Source: Candidatus Latescibacterota bacterium
GTDB taxonomy: Bacteria > Latescibacterota > UBA2968
Assembly (NCBI GenBank): GCA_965222605.1
Contig: OZ244960.1
Span: forward strand, 3,904,001 to 3,968,000
Length of the DNA stretch: 64,000 nt
Direction of reading: 5' to 3'
Part shown: positions 1-8,923 of the stretch, piece after piece
How the letters are laid out: each line of letters starts with the position of its first letter
Position numbering within the stretch: position 1 is the first letter of the stretch
Program-made: the position numbers and the translations under genes
Notes under the pieces: model-generated
What the model saw: only the letters and a program-made list of their open reading frames with translations
The model's database searches: none
What the model was told of the DNA's origin: nothing

Positions 1-83
1 CTCCATCGGAACGCCGCATGATGAAACGCACGCAGGTTTTCAATGCGGATGATATACCGTTTGAATGAGGGGTAGGGGTTGCG

Positions 84-974
84 TCACACCCGATGCAGAT
101 GGGTGCCTTTGCTCTCTCGCAGGTCCGTTACCCACCGCGTACACCATTCATCAAAGCTGTCTTGCACAGATGCGGGATTTTCTTTGCTCTGGACGATAAA
201 TTCGGGCCAGAATGGTCGTCCTGTAGGTGTGCCCGTTTTTTGAAATCGCAGATCCATGCTCCAGCGCACCAGATTTGTGCGGTTTGGCTGGCCCCTGTGC
301 GGGGTGTACGCGCTCATCATGAGTACGTCTCCGCGTTTCATAATACAATTTACAGGTTCAATTTCTGGCATGTACATGGGTTTGATCATGGTGCCGCCTT
401 CGCGCTGGTGTTCGAGCAGTCCCATGGGTACTACGCCCGGCAATACTTGTAAGCACCCGCGTTCTGGGGTGACATCTACGAGTGGTATCCAGCAAGTTAT
501 GATTTCCGAGATGTCCGCCTCTTCTTTTGTGACGCCCTGGTCCTGATGCCATGGTACCTGTCCGGGTTGTATTTCGCGCGCGGGCAAGTAGGGGCGAAAA
601 TGTTGAATTGGACTCAGGGTTATTTCTGGTCCTATGAGGCTCTCGACTGCCGATAGTAATTGCTCATTGAAGAAGATGTCGAACATCGGTTTCACGCGCG
701 CGCGCATGATGTCGAATCCACCCGCAAAACTGCGCAGTGCGTCATATCCCTCATCGTCTAATTCCCGTGCAATTGCAGCCAGGCGATGGCTGAAGGGCTT
801 GTCTGCATGTACGGATGAGATCGCCCCTTCTTCTAATAGCTCTTGCGCCTTTTGATTGATCAATACGTCATAATCGTGTTCAATCGGTTCAAAGGCCGCG
901 TCATCTAATACATTTTCCGCAATCAAAACTCCCCGATCGCGATACTGATTAATTTGATCTTGTGTCAATGGCAT
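84..974 (-). CDS. Phytanoyl-CoA dioxygenase (PhyH) family Fe(II)/2-OG oxygenase
   Basis: PWHQD HxD motif, ITCWIPL..GCLQVLPG, distal PHRG..N..R motif. Confidence 0.9.
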   Translation of the reverse strand: MPLTQDQINQYRDRGVLIAENVLDDAAFEPIEHDYDVLINQKAQELLEEGAISSVHADKPFSHRLAAIARELDDEGYDALRSFAGGFDIMRARVKPMFDIFFNEQLLSAVESLIGPEITLSPIQHFRPYLPAREIQPGQVPWHQDQGVTKEEADISEIITCWIPLVDVTPERGCLQVLPGVVPMGLLEHQREGGTMIKPMYMPEIEPVNCIMKRGDVLMMSAYTPHRGQPNRTNLVRWSMDLRFQKTGTPTGRPFWPEFIVQSKENPASVQDSFDEWCTRWVTDLRESKGTHLHRV

Positions 975-1032
975 GGTGTGTTTTCTCCTGAAAAAATTGG
1001 CGGTCAGGCGGGCTGACGCATGGTGGTTTTAC

Positions 1033-1746
1033 CTATCGCAAAACGATTTCGACCCGCGCTACGCCCTTTACATTTGCACAGCGGTCGTCGTGTCCGGGAA
1101 TGATCAGACGCAGAGGGCCGCCGTAACTGGCGGGCAAGGGTTGTCCCTCCAGTCCGTAGATTAACAATCCTTGTTCCCGAACGAGGGCGAGATCGACGGT
1201 AGCGGAAAAACGGTCGGCGTCTGCGTAAAAGATCGCGTCGGCATCGGCTGTGTCGTCCAATACCTCGCGCATCCAAACGCCCTGTCCCTGGCGGTCGGGC
1301 ACGAGCGTGCTTACGTCTCCAATCTGATTTGGTAGTGTTGCAAAATTTTCAAAGTCGAGGGTTCGAGATGTATTCGGTGCTTCTATTGTCAATATGGGTG
1401 TGTTTTGTGTGCTCTTTAGTGCGGCTGCCATGCGGTCCTGGATCATGTCGAACAAGCGGGGGTCACTGCCCAATGGGCTGGTCATCAGGATGCGTATTTG
1501 CGGGTTTTCATTTTGTAGGGATTTGATGCGTTGCAATAAGTTTTCGCGCATTGTATCGGGGAGGGCGATCAGTGCGGGAAAGACGACGATTTGATCTATG
1601 CCTTCACTGGTACGCACGCTTTCTTCCAGTTTATCGAAAGAAGTAGCCACTACCTGATCGGCGAGGTTGGCGTCGATTGCCGCGTTGATAAATTGGCGAG
1701 AAACTTGTACTTTACTTTCAGCACAAATTAAGAGTAATGTGTTCAC
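1033..1746 (-). CDS. Fusion of degenerate CbiX-like domain and molybdopterin-oxidoreductase-like domain
   Basis: N-half IVVFPALI...TSPLGSDPRL resembles CbiX/SirB; C-half GQPLPASYGGPLRLIIPG..NVKGV resembles the Oxidored_molyb C-terminal motif. Confidence 0.6.
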   Translation of the reverse strand: MNTLLLICAESKVQVSRQFINAAIDANLADQVVATSFDKLEESVRTSEGIDQIVVFPALIALPDTMRENLLQRIKSLQNENPQIRILMTSPLGSDPRLFDMIQDRMAAALKSTQNTPILTIEAPNTSRTLDFENFATLPNQIGDVSTLVPDRQGQGVWMREVLDDTADADAIFYADADRFSATVDLALVREQGLLIYGLEGQPLPASYGGPLRLIIPGHDDRCANVKGVARVEIVLR

Positions 1747-1806
1747 GATATTCGCGTCCTATTCAGACGACGCTCGGCAAAAGCGATAATAACTGGTTTA
1801 CCCATC

Positions 1807-1944
1807 ATGTATCCGATCATTCCATTTGAAAACTTACCTTTAGGCGTCCAGATTTTCCTGGTTCTCACGTCCGTTTTCATCTTAGTCGGCATTGGTTCTA
1901 TTTTGTGGCAGATGATCCGCGCAATACGCGATAAAAGAGAATAA
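1807..1944 (+). CDS. Small single-pass membrane protein (45 aa), below the ORF-track cutoff
   Basis: Hand translation MYPIIPFENLPLGVQIFLVLTSVFILVGIGSILWQMIRAIRDKRE*: one hydrophobic helix plus basic tail; fills an otherwise empty gap. Confidence 0.5.
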   Translation: MYPIIPFENLPLGVQIFLVLTSVFILVGIGSILWQMIRAIRDKRE

Positions 1945-2007
1945 TGGGTGGTCGCTTTACCCCGTATTACACTCTACGGGGCAGGCTCTCTTACGTCTTA
2001 CCTGCTT

Positions 2008-2847
2008 TCAAACGGCCATTTCCGCGCGGATGGTGTCGTGGTGCTGATAATTGATGAGTTCAAAGTCGTCCATTTCAAAATGGTCGATTTCGGTTTGACC
2101 ACGGTCTTTAATCCGCAATTTGGGCAGGGGATATGGCTTGCGAGATAGTTGTTTTTTTACTGCGTCGAGATGGTTTAAGTAGATGTGTGCGTCGCCGAGG
2201 ACGTGGATAAATTCGTGGGGGACGAGACCCGTAATTTTTGCGACCATGTGCAACAATACGGAATAGGACGCGATGTTGAGCGGAACGCCTAAAAACATGT
2301 CGCATGATCGCTGATACATTTGTAAGGACAATTTGCCTTCTGCTACATAAAATTGAAAAAAGTTGTGACACGGGGGCAGTGCCACGTCCAGAGAGCCTAT
2401 TTCCGCTGCGTTCCAGGCATCGACCATGATGCGTCGGGATTCGGGATTTTCTCGGATTAAATTAATCGCATTTTGAAGCTGATCTACCACTTTTCCATTG
2501 GCACCTTTCCATCGCCGCCACTGTACTCCGTAAATACGTCCCATGCTGCCGTCGTTTTTATCTATTTCCAGGCGGTTCAAATAATCCTCATAATTGCCAT
2601 CCCACAGCCGATTGCTTTTCAAATAGGTTTTCAAGTCGCGGATGTTGTCGGATCCGGATATAAACCACAGCAGTTCCGATAACATTGATTTCCACACCAG
2701 TCGCTTGGTGGTTACTGCGGGAAATCCGTCTGCCATTGCATAGCGCGCATGCAGGCCAAAACACGAGATTGTGCCCACACCCGTGCGGTCGCCCTTTTTT
2801 ACGCCGTGGTTGAGGACATGTTGTAGTTGATTGAGATATGTGTGCAT
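2008..2847 (-). CDS. thyA: Thymidylate synthase
   Basis: DRTGVGT, LPPCH catalytic Cys, YQRSCDMFLG, GDAHIY, C-terminal AEMAV. Confidence 0.97.
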   Translation of the reverse strand: MHTYLNQLQHVLNHGVKKGDRTGVGTISCFGLHARYAMADGFPAVTTKRLVWKSMLSELLWFISGSDNIRDLKTYLKSNRLWDGNYEDYLNRLEIDKNDGSMGRIYGVQWRRWKGANGKVVDQLQNAINLIRENPESRRIMVDAWNAAEIGSLDVALPPCHNFFQFYVAEGKLSLQMYQRSCDMFLGVPLNIASYSVLLHMVAKITGLVPHEFIHVLGDAHIYLNHLDAVKKQLSRKPYPLPKLRIKDRGQTEIDHFEMDDFELINYQHHDTIRAEMAV

Positions 2848-2926
2848 GAAGACCCCAGTGCAAAAAATATTAAAATAAAAGGGGGAGAGAAGTTAAGAGA
2901 TTGGAGCTAGTGGTGGAGGAATTGTA

Positions 2927-2982
2927 GTAGGGGCGGTGCCCCTGTGCCCGCCCGTCGTAGGGATAACCCCCTGTGGTTGTCC
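2927..2982 (+). repeat. Two tandem GTAG-type REP palindromes
   Basis: GTAG-GGGCGGTGCCCCTGTGCCCGCCC (2927-2953) and GTAG-GGATAACCCCCTGTGGTTGTCC (2957-2982). Confidence 0.85.
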
Positions 2983-3037
2983 TGTTTTGTATGATCAGTA
3001 CCCCTGTGCTGAATGCGACTGGTTGGTGTTGAGCCGC

Positions 3038-3071
3038 CGTCATCGCGGCATGTTTTTGAGCCGCGATCCAG
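3038..3071 (+). repeat. CGTCAT...ATCCAG palindromic repeat, copy 1
   Basis: CGTCATCGCGGCATGTTTTTGAGCCGCGATCCAG; related copy at 14471-14503. Confidence 0.7.
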
Positions 3072-3099
3072 AGGTTTTGATCGTCATCATCGTGAATAA

Positions 3100-5709
3100 T
3101 TATCCATTGATCGGTTTGCCATAAGAATTCACAAAGATAAGGAAATCAGAAAAGCCAACCTCTCCATTGCCATCGAGATCGAATTTTAGATCGAAGTTCT
3201 CCTGTCCGCTGTGGGTTCCAAACGCATGAACAAAAGCCAAAAAGTCTTCGAACGCGACCTGCCCATCACCATCAAAATCGGCAGAAATAAGGGGAGTATC
3301 GCTTACCTCAAAGCGGATGATTTCAGTAAAGTTCGCCCGAAGAATGTTATAGGCTTTATCATATACTTGCATTTCAGCCAAACCCCATGTTCCGGGGATA
3401 CTACCAACAGGCAAGATGACTGTGTGATGGTAGGTTTGGTACACCGTCGGCTCTCCAGAAAAATAGATATTGGAATAACTCGGTTCTGGTACATAATGTC
3501 TAAAGTCTCCGTGCATTACGCCTTGGGGATCGCGTAAATACATGCGTGCTTCACGATATCCGCTGATATTATCTAGGACTATAAAAGTAATATCAACTCG
3601 GGTTTCGCCATTTGGTGCTTCTGGATGTGTCGGCACCGCCTTGATGGTGATTCGGTTGAGATCGAGCACAGGCGGTATGGTATCTGGATTTGTCGTCTGG
3701 ACCTCAATCGTGGCTGGTAACTCATCAATCGCTATGTCTTGGTCCCTTAAATTGTGTCCAGGATCGGTAAAATAGACAACGCGCACGTTTCGTGCTCCAT
3801 CCTCCATCCTGATATAGTTAAGTTTGTACATCCCGCCTGGAAAATAGTCCGGAATCACAAGTTTACAAACCGCTTCTCCAGTTTGTAGATCATATTCTCC
3901 ATAGTCCTCCGAGCGACGTGAATAGGTTTCGGCATTGGCATCGTTCAGTCGTGCCAAGACGCTCTTAACATCGTTTTTTTCATCAAGTCGCCAACGAGCG
4001 GCAACAACTTGATAAGGTCTGCCATTTTCCTCGCGTTGTGATAGCGAAAGTTGCATAGAATTTCTGATATATTCTGGTGGTTCATAATCTGCAAGTGGAT
4101 TGTTGATATAGAGTTTCCATCCAAAATCGGTCTGGGATTCGTGTCGCTCATTGCGCTGGGCATCTCTCAAGGTAATTTGTTCTGGAGCCCAGTATCCATG
4201 TGCTACGTACTTCGATAATGTTTTATTTCCTCGCAAAATATGACTCGCATCTTCTCTCCCAAGACGCTGACCATTGGGGCCTGTAGGATAAAGCCGAAGG
4301 TCAAAGTAAGTGCCTTTGTCGCTGTATATCCTGACATCTGACCATTGGGCTTTATCAAGGTCGCCTGATTGGTGAATTTCAATCTCTATTGTTATCTCCT
4401 TATCTTCTTCCGGTTCGCCCTCAACCTGTATATCAACCCGGATGATCCGACCCGGATACACGACATCCGGATATAGATTATATACCTCAAATGTCAAATC
4501 AGGACGGATGCGCGATATGTAGCGCGTGCCGTGCATGACCCGATCCCGAATAAATTCGTATTTGGCAGGAGAACGTGAACGTAATTTATCCGGGTTCACA
4601 ATGTAATAACTGATACTTTCTGCCATATCCTCATTCGGATTTTTCTTGTGTGCATAAGCAGATACAAACTCGGTCTGCTTGGTCGTTGACCAGCCGTCAC
4701 TATCATCGGGGTTTATATACCACCCACCAAGCTCAATCCAATCCTGTTTGAGTTGATCGTCGAAGAGGTGCGCCCATAAAAAATGTGCCTTTTCATGGAG
4801 GATTAAGCGGTGGATGTAGTCGAGTCCTTGTTCCTTAAACGCAGATTCCATAAACTCAATATAGCCCTCGCTCGGCCAGGCTATAGCTGGAGCAGTCGGG
4901 TTAATCGGATGAGGTGTCCCATCTAATCGCCGCACCAGATATTGCAGCCCTGGTGTGCTGAGCAGGCCCTGTGGATATTCTTCAAACATGCTTACAATAG
5001 CCATCAATTCCTCGTTCTTGAACTCTCCAAACCGACCTGCATCTTCCTTCGTTGTTCTTCGCGTGAGTTCGGTATAGTCCGGTACATCTATACTTATGCC
5101 ATAGCGTTTCTCTAAAATCTGCTTCAGTGCGCGTCTATCTCTGCCATCATCGGTTACATAACGCACTATTGCATGGTGTAGTCTTTTAGAAAAGAAACGA
5201 CCTCTTACTCCTTCTATTTGGGCCAGCGCAGGCTCGGCATAAGTAAAGGCTTCAAGAGCTACGGTGACTATTTTTTGCCCTTCTCGAACTTCGATTTCTA
5301 TATCATTTTGAATATGCTGGTCTGATAAGCGCCACAGCGAGTGGGGAACCGTTAGAGTTTCTTCTCGAAATTCATTGCTTGGTTGTGGTATAGAGTCAAA
5401 GGTTTGGAGTAATCGGTAAGCCTGACCGTCACTCCATTCGGTGCCGAGTAATACGGAATATTGTTGCATGAGACGCAGGGACGCACTGTGCGGCACGACC
5501 TGTATTGGCTCGTCTAAGAATAGTACCTGCACGGGTTGAACGAGGTTTACTGAGTCCGCTCCCTCGAAGGTCGTATCGGTTTTCCAAGTATAAGAGTATT
5601 GTGCAAAAGCGGGTCCGCTGAAAATGAATACGATCAGGAGGACAACACTACTCAGGTAGGTAAGTTTTTTGGTTTTCTCAGAGCTGTTTTGATATGTCTT
5701 TTCTGCCAT
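3100..5709 (-). CDS. Secreted zincin-like metallopeptidase with C-terminal EF-hand/dockerin-like tail
   Basis: Signal-like segment ending PAFA-Q, LHEKAH (HExxH), downstream NEDMAES, C-terminal DFDGDGQVAFEDF/DLDGNGEVGFSDF pair; start placed at MAEKT. Confidence 0.7.
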   Translation of the reverse strand: MAEKTYQNSSEKTKKLTYLSSVVLLIVFIFSGPAFAQYSYTWKTDTTFEGADSVNLVQPVQVLFLDEPIQVVPHSASLRLMQQYSVLLGTEWSDGQAYRLLQTFDSIPQPSNEFREETLTVPHSLWRLSDQHIQNDIEIEVREGQKIVTVALEAFTYAEPALAQIEGVRGRFFSKRLHHAIVRYVTDDGRDRRALKQILEKRYGISIDVPDYTELTRRTTKEDAGRFGEFKNEELMAIVSMFEEYPQGLLSTPGLQYLVRRLDGTPHPINPTAPAIAWPSEGYIEFMESAFKEQGLDYIHRLILHEKAHFLWAHLFDDQLKQDWIELGGWYINPDDSDGWSTTKQTEFVSAYAHKKNPNEDMAESISYYIVNPDKLRSRSPAKYEFIRDRVMHGTRYISRIRPDLTFEVYNLYPDVVYPGRIIRVDIQVEGEPEEDKEITIEIEIHQSGDLDKAQWSDVRIYSDKGTYFDLRLYPTGPNGQRLGREDASHILRGNKTLSKYVAHGYWAPEQITLRDAQRNERHESQTDFGWKLYINNPLADYEPPEYIRNSMQLSLSQREENGRPYQVVAARWRLDEKNDVKSVLARLNDANAETYSRRSEDYGEYDLQTGEAVCKLVIPDYFPGGMYKLNYIRMEDGARNVRVVYFTDPGHNLRDQDIAIDELPATIEVQTTNPDTIPPVLDLNRITIKAVPTHPEAPNGETRVDITFIVLDNISGYREARMYLRDPQGVMHGDFRHYVPEPSYSNIYFSGEPTVYQTYHHTVILPVGSIPGTWGLAEMQVYDKAYNILRANFTEIIRFEVSDTPLISADFDGDGQVAFEDFLAFVHAFGTHSGQENFDLKFDLDGNGEVGFSDFLIFVNSYGKPING

Positions 5710-5786
5710 TGTGTCGTGTCTTTTATTTGCACAGCGGTACCAACTCTTAAAGCTGCGTAACAACATCAGCGGAATCAAGCGTCTTC

Positions 5787-6995
5787 TTAGTCGCGCTCGT
5801 TCATAAAGGTATCCACTGCGGGGGTGACGACCTTTATGAAACGCCTGAGTGTATCAGCCAGGGATTTGGCGAAATCGTCGTTCAGTTCATGACTACCGAA
5901 ATCAACCTGGACGATCCGTCCCTGTCTGCCTCGACGGTCTAACCTTTGGCCTTTTTGGATATCCAGATTATCCAGGATGTTTTTCAGTGAATCGCTTTCA
6001 CCAACAGAAAGGTTGCCGATTTTCCCTTGTTTGTCGAATGAGTATCTGATTGCGACGAGTGCATTGTTGCAGAATTTTGTGTCCAGGGATGGGTCGAGCT
6101 CGATTTTGTAGAACAGTTGCCAGTTTTTCCAGGGCTGCCTTGAATACCATAAGTGGTAGTAGCGGTGGCCTTGCTTGTGTACAGATGCATATTGGCTTTT
6201 GCCATTCGGTTTGATATCATCAGGTAGTCCGTCAGTAGCCAATGTTGCGACTTTCTTTACAAAATGCGTCACGTTATCATTTCTGAGTGGGTTGCTACTT
6301 CGCATTGAGCGGTCCTCTCGTGCCGCAGGTTTCTTTCCTTCTGCCGTATCGCTACTCTTGATGTCGTAATCTTCTATTTCGGGCATGGTATCGATTCCAT
6401 ACAGCTTGAAATATTTTTCTATTTCTTGCCCCAAACGACGCTTGGCATAATCATCTATTCTTCCTATGAATCCCGAAAGAACGACTGCAAAATCGTGCTT
6501 GCCATTTTGAACGGTATATGAAGTATGTTTCTGTCTTGTAGTCTCAGGTGGATATAACTGACATAATTTGCGGCTTACGTCTGCGCCATTACAGATAATA
6601 ATCTTCGGTTTGTACGTTTCAATCTGTTGTTTCAAATACCCACTACAGTTGGCGATGATTTCCTTCCTACCACCTCTTTGCATTGTTTTGGGTGGAAAAT
6701 TGTTGGAGTAACACTTTACTAAATCTGTATGTGCGACGCCATTGGGGTGGCCCAGAAGTTTATGGAGGTCTGGAGAGACTTTCTTGAAATCATTAAAATA
6801 TCCGTGAACGTTATTGCTTTGAAAATATTTTCTCAATTGGATGATGTCACCCTCGTCATTATACCCTTCAGCACCCCTGGGGTTGAGACCTATTATCCAA
6901 ACAGGTGCTTCACTTGCACCAACAATTGATTCTATGGGAGAATATTTTCGCTGAAAAAAGAGGCCATGTTTTTTACACTTCAAGCATTTTTCCAT
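5787..6995 (-). CDS. Uracil-DNA glycosylase superfamily domain plus unknown C-terminal domain
   Basis: CxxC, GASEAPVWIIGLNP, TDLVKC, C..YLKQQIETYKPKIIICNG, typical of family 4/5-like UDG folds. Confidence 0.7.
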   Translation of the reverse strand: MEKCLKCKKHGLFFQRKYSPIESIVGASEAPVWIIGLNPRGAEGYNDEGDIIQLRKYFQSNNVHGYFNDFKKVSPDLHKLLGHPNGVAHTDLVKCYSNNFPPKTMQRGGRKEIIANCSGYLKQQIETYKPKIIICNGADVSRKLCQLYPPETTRQKHTSYTVQNGKHDFAVVLSGFIGRIDDYAKRRLGQEIEKYFKLYGIDTMPEIEDYDIKSSDTAEGKKPAAREDRSMRSSNPLRNDNVTHFVKKVATLATDGLPDDIKPNGKSQYASVHKQGHRYYHLWYSRQPWKNWQLFYKIELDPSLDTKFCNNALVAIRYSFDKQGKIGNLSVGESDSLKNILDNLDIQKGQRLDRRGRQGRIVQVDFGSHELNDDFAKSLADTLRRFIKVVTPAVDTFMNERD

Positions 6996-7024
6996 TGAGT
7001 GCTCGCTTTTGTTTAAAATGATGC

Positions 7025-8272
7025 CTACACTTCTTGTAGAGATTTGGCGGCAAAAATGGTCAAGCGCAATTCTTCGTCGAACAATTCATAAACAGGCGTT
7101 TGACCGCTGAGGGTCTCGCTTTCGTTTAAGATGATGCCCACGCCTTCGCCCCGTCGTTCCAAAAAATGTCGCCGGATTACTTGTCTGCTCATTGTATCAT
7201 GCAAGGTGATTTCCGAGAGTAAGCGGGCGAGCAATTCATTGCGGGTGGCTTGTGCATAACGCAAATTTTCCACTGTTATGGTGTTTGCCAACGCGCCAGG
7301 CGAATATAGTTCGAGTCTGTCTGAAAACATGAACAACCGAATTTTCGAGCCGATTTTTGAGTAATCTCTGTGTACAACGGCGTTCACCAGGGCTTCAAAA
7401 ACGGCTCGCATGCTGTATTGTGGCCGTTCAATTCTGCCAATGTCTTTGCGTGCTGATACCTCATTGAATTTTTCGACAAATTTGAAGGCGTCTATGATCT
7501 GTTGGTCCAGGGGCCCCTTAAAATCTTTGGCATCGATCTGGTAGTTCGCATCCTTTTCTATCCCTCGATAAAAAACAGCTTGAATGAAACTGTTGTAGAG
7601 GTACTCATCGGGACTGTCATGGCACATTAACACACCTGCGACCGATGCGCGATATTCTCCCCCTTCTTTCACGAGCAAACGCCTTTTGAGTAGCAGGTCT
7701 TCGTCCTCATGGTTGAAGACGCCTGTGGGGATAAATCGCTGATAGAGTTCTCGCCTTAGTGTGTCTTTATTCGTGTTCGGCACGAACTGTTCGTCAAAAG
7801 AGATAATACGCGCCTGTGAACGAGCTTGTAGCAATCTGCCCAATTGCTCTGTTGTCATTTTGCGCCTGGTATCTCCTTGTCGTAAAAAGAATCCGTTGCT
7901 GCTTTGATGTGCCCACAAGCTCCGTGCAATATTGATATAAACCAGTGTTTTTTGTTCTCCCGTCTCATCGGGAACCCGGATACTATCTACGAAATAATCT
8001 ACGAGAGGAGGTTCTACCAGGTCGTGGCATATCTCCGTAATAAAATGAATCAGTCTCGGAACATTTTCGATATCGATACCGAGGATTTCCCGATTATCAG
8101 AAACGCCGAAAATCACGACTCCCCCTTGCTGATTGGCAAAAGCGGCGATCTCATCGGACAGCCCATCCCGATGCGGCCTGAATTGTCCACCAACAAGTTT
8201 TACTTCTTTGAACTCAACACCGGAGCTTTCTCCCGATTCAATTTTTTCCAAAATTTCCTGTTCGCTGAGCAT
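7025..8272 (-). CDS. Schlafen/AlbA_2 domain plus RecG-C (HATPase_c_4)-like protein
   Basis: GESSGVEFKE, IAAFANQQGGVVIFGVSD, EALVNAVVHRDYS, ERRGEGV; GGAG RBS before MLSEQ. Confidence 0.88.
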   Translation of the reverse strand: MLSEQEILEKIESGESSGVEFKEVKLVGGQFRPHRDGLSDEIAAFANQQGGVVIFGVSDNREILGIDIENVPRLIHFITEICHDLVEPPLVDYFVDSIRVPDETGEQKTLVYINIARSLWAHQSSNGFFLRQGDTRRKMTTEQLGRLLQARSQARIISFDEQFVPNTNKDTLRRELYQRFIPTGVFNHEDEDLLLKRRLLVKEGGEYRASVAGVLMCHDSPDEYLYNSFIQAVFYRGIEKDANYQIDAKDFKGPLDQQIIDAFKFVEKFNEVSARKDIGRIERPQYSMRAVFEALVNAVVHRDYSKIGSKIRLFMFSDRLELYSPGALANTITVENLRYAQATRNELLARLLSEITLHDTMSRQVIRRHFLERRGEGVGIILNESETLSGQTPVYELFDEELRLTIFAAKSLQEV

Positions 8273-8365
8273 ATCAATTCTCCAGATGAATACGCTTGTC
8301 ACATGCTCAAACGCCCTCTGACTACCCTTTATAATACTGAATTTCCACTACCGCCAAAGAGGACC

Positions 8366-8830
8366 TTACTTCCCACGTTCATAATATACGATTGTGAATT
8401 GATCGTGTGTCTCTTTTTTTGATATGATCCATTCATCTTCGTCAAATTCGGGGAAGTATTCATCGCCTGCGTATTCACCGTCGATGTACGATAGAATCAT
8501 CCGATCGGCTTTTGATAGCGTGGCGCGATAAATTTCGCCGCCTCCGCAGATAAATACTTCGCGGCTATAGGATCTGGCTTTTTCTATGGCTTCTTCGAGC
8601 GATCTGCACACGTCCACGCCTTTTGTGTCGGGCATGGTGCGGCTTACAATGACATGCGGGCGGCCCGGCAGGGGTTTGCCGCCCCAGGATTCAAAGGTTT
8701 TGCGCCCTACCAGGAGGACGTGTCCAGTGGTGGTGCGCCGAAAGTGCTTCGATTCTTCAGAGATATGCCAGGGCATTTTGTTGTCCCGGCCAATGACGCG
8801 GTTTTTGTCCATTGCAGCGATAATGGTCAT
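8366..8830 (-). CDS. folA: Dihydrofolate reductase
   Basis: IAAMDKNRVIG..MPW, GRKTFES, PLPGR, ICGGGEIY, GDEYFP. Confidence 0.95.
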   Translation of the reverse strand: MTIIAAMDKNRVIGRDNKMPWHISEESKHFRRTTTGHVLLVGRKTFESWGGKPLPGRPHVIVSRTMPDTKGVDVCRSLEEAIEKARSYSREVFICGGGEIYRATLSKADRMILSYIDGEYAGDEYFPEFDEDEWIISKKETHDQFTIVYYERGK

Positions 8831-8843
8831 TGTTTTTCCTTTT

Positions 8844-8923
8844 AGCGGTCAGCGGTTAGCCCCCAGTCCCCAGCCCCTCTTTACCTCTCGCCTTTCATCT
8901 GCGTTCATCTGTGTTCATCCGTG
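8844..8923. repeat. Short tandem heptamer and decamer repeats
   Basis: AGCGGTC/AGCGGTT, CCCCAGT/CCCCAGC, and TTCATCTGCG/TTCATCTGTG/TTCATCCGTG between rimO and folA. Confidence 0.6.
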
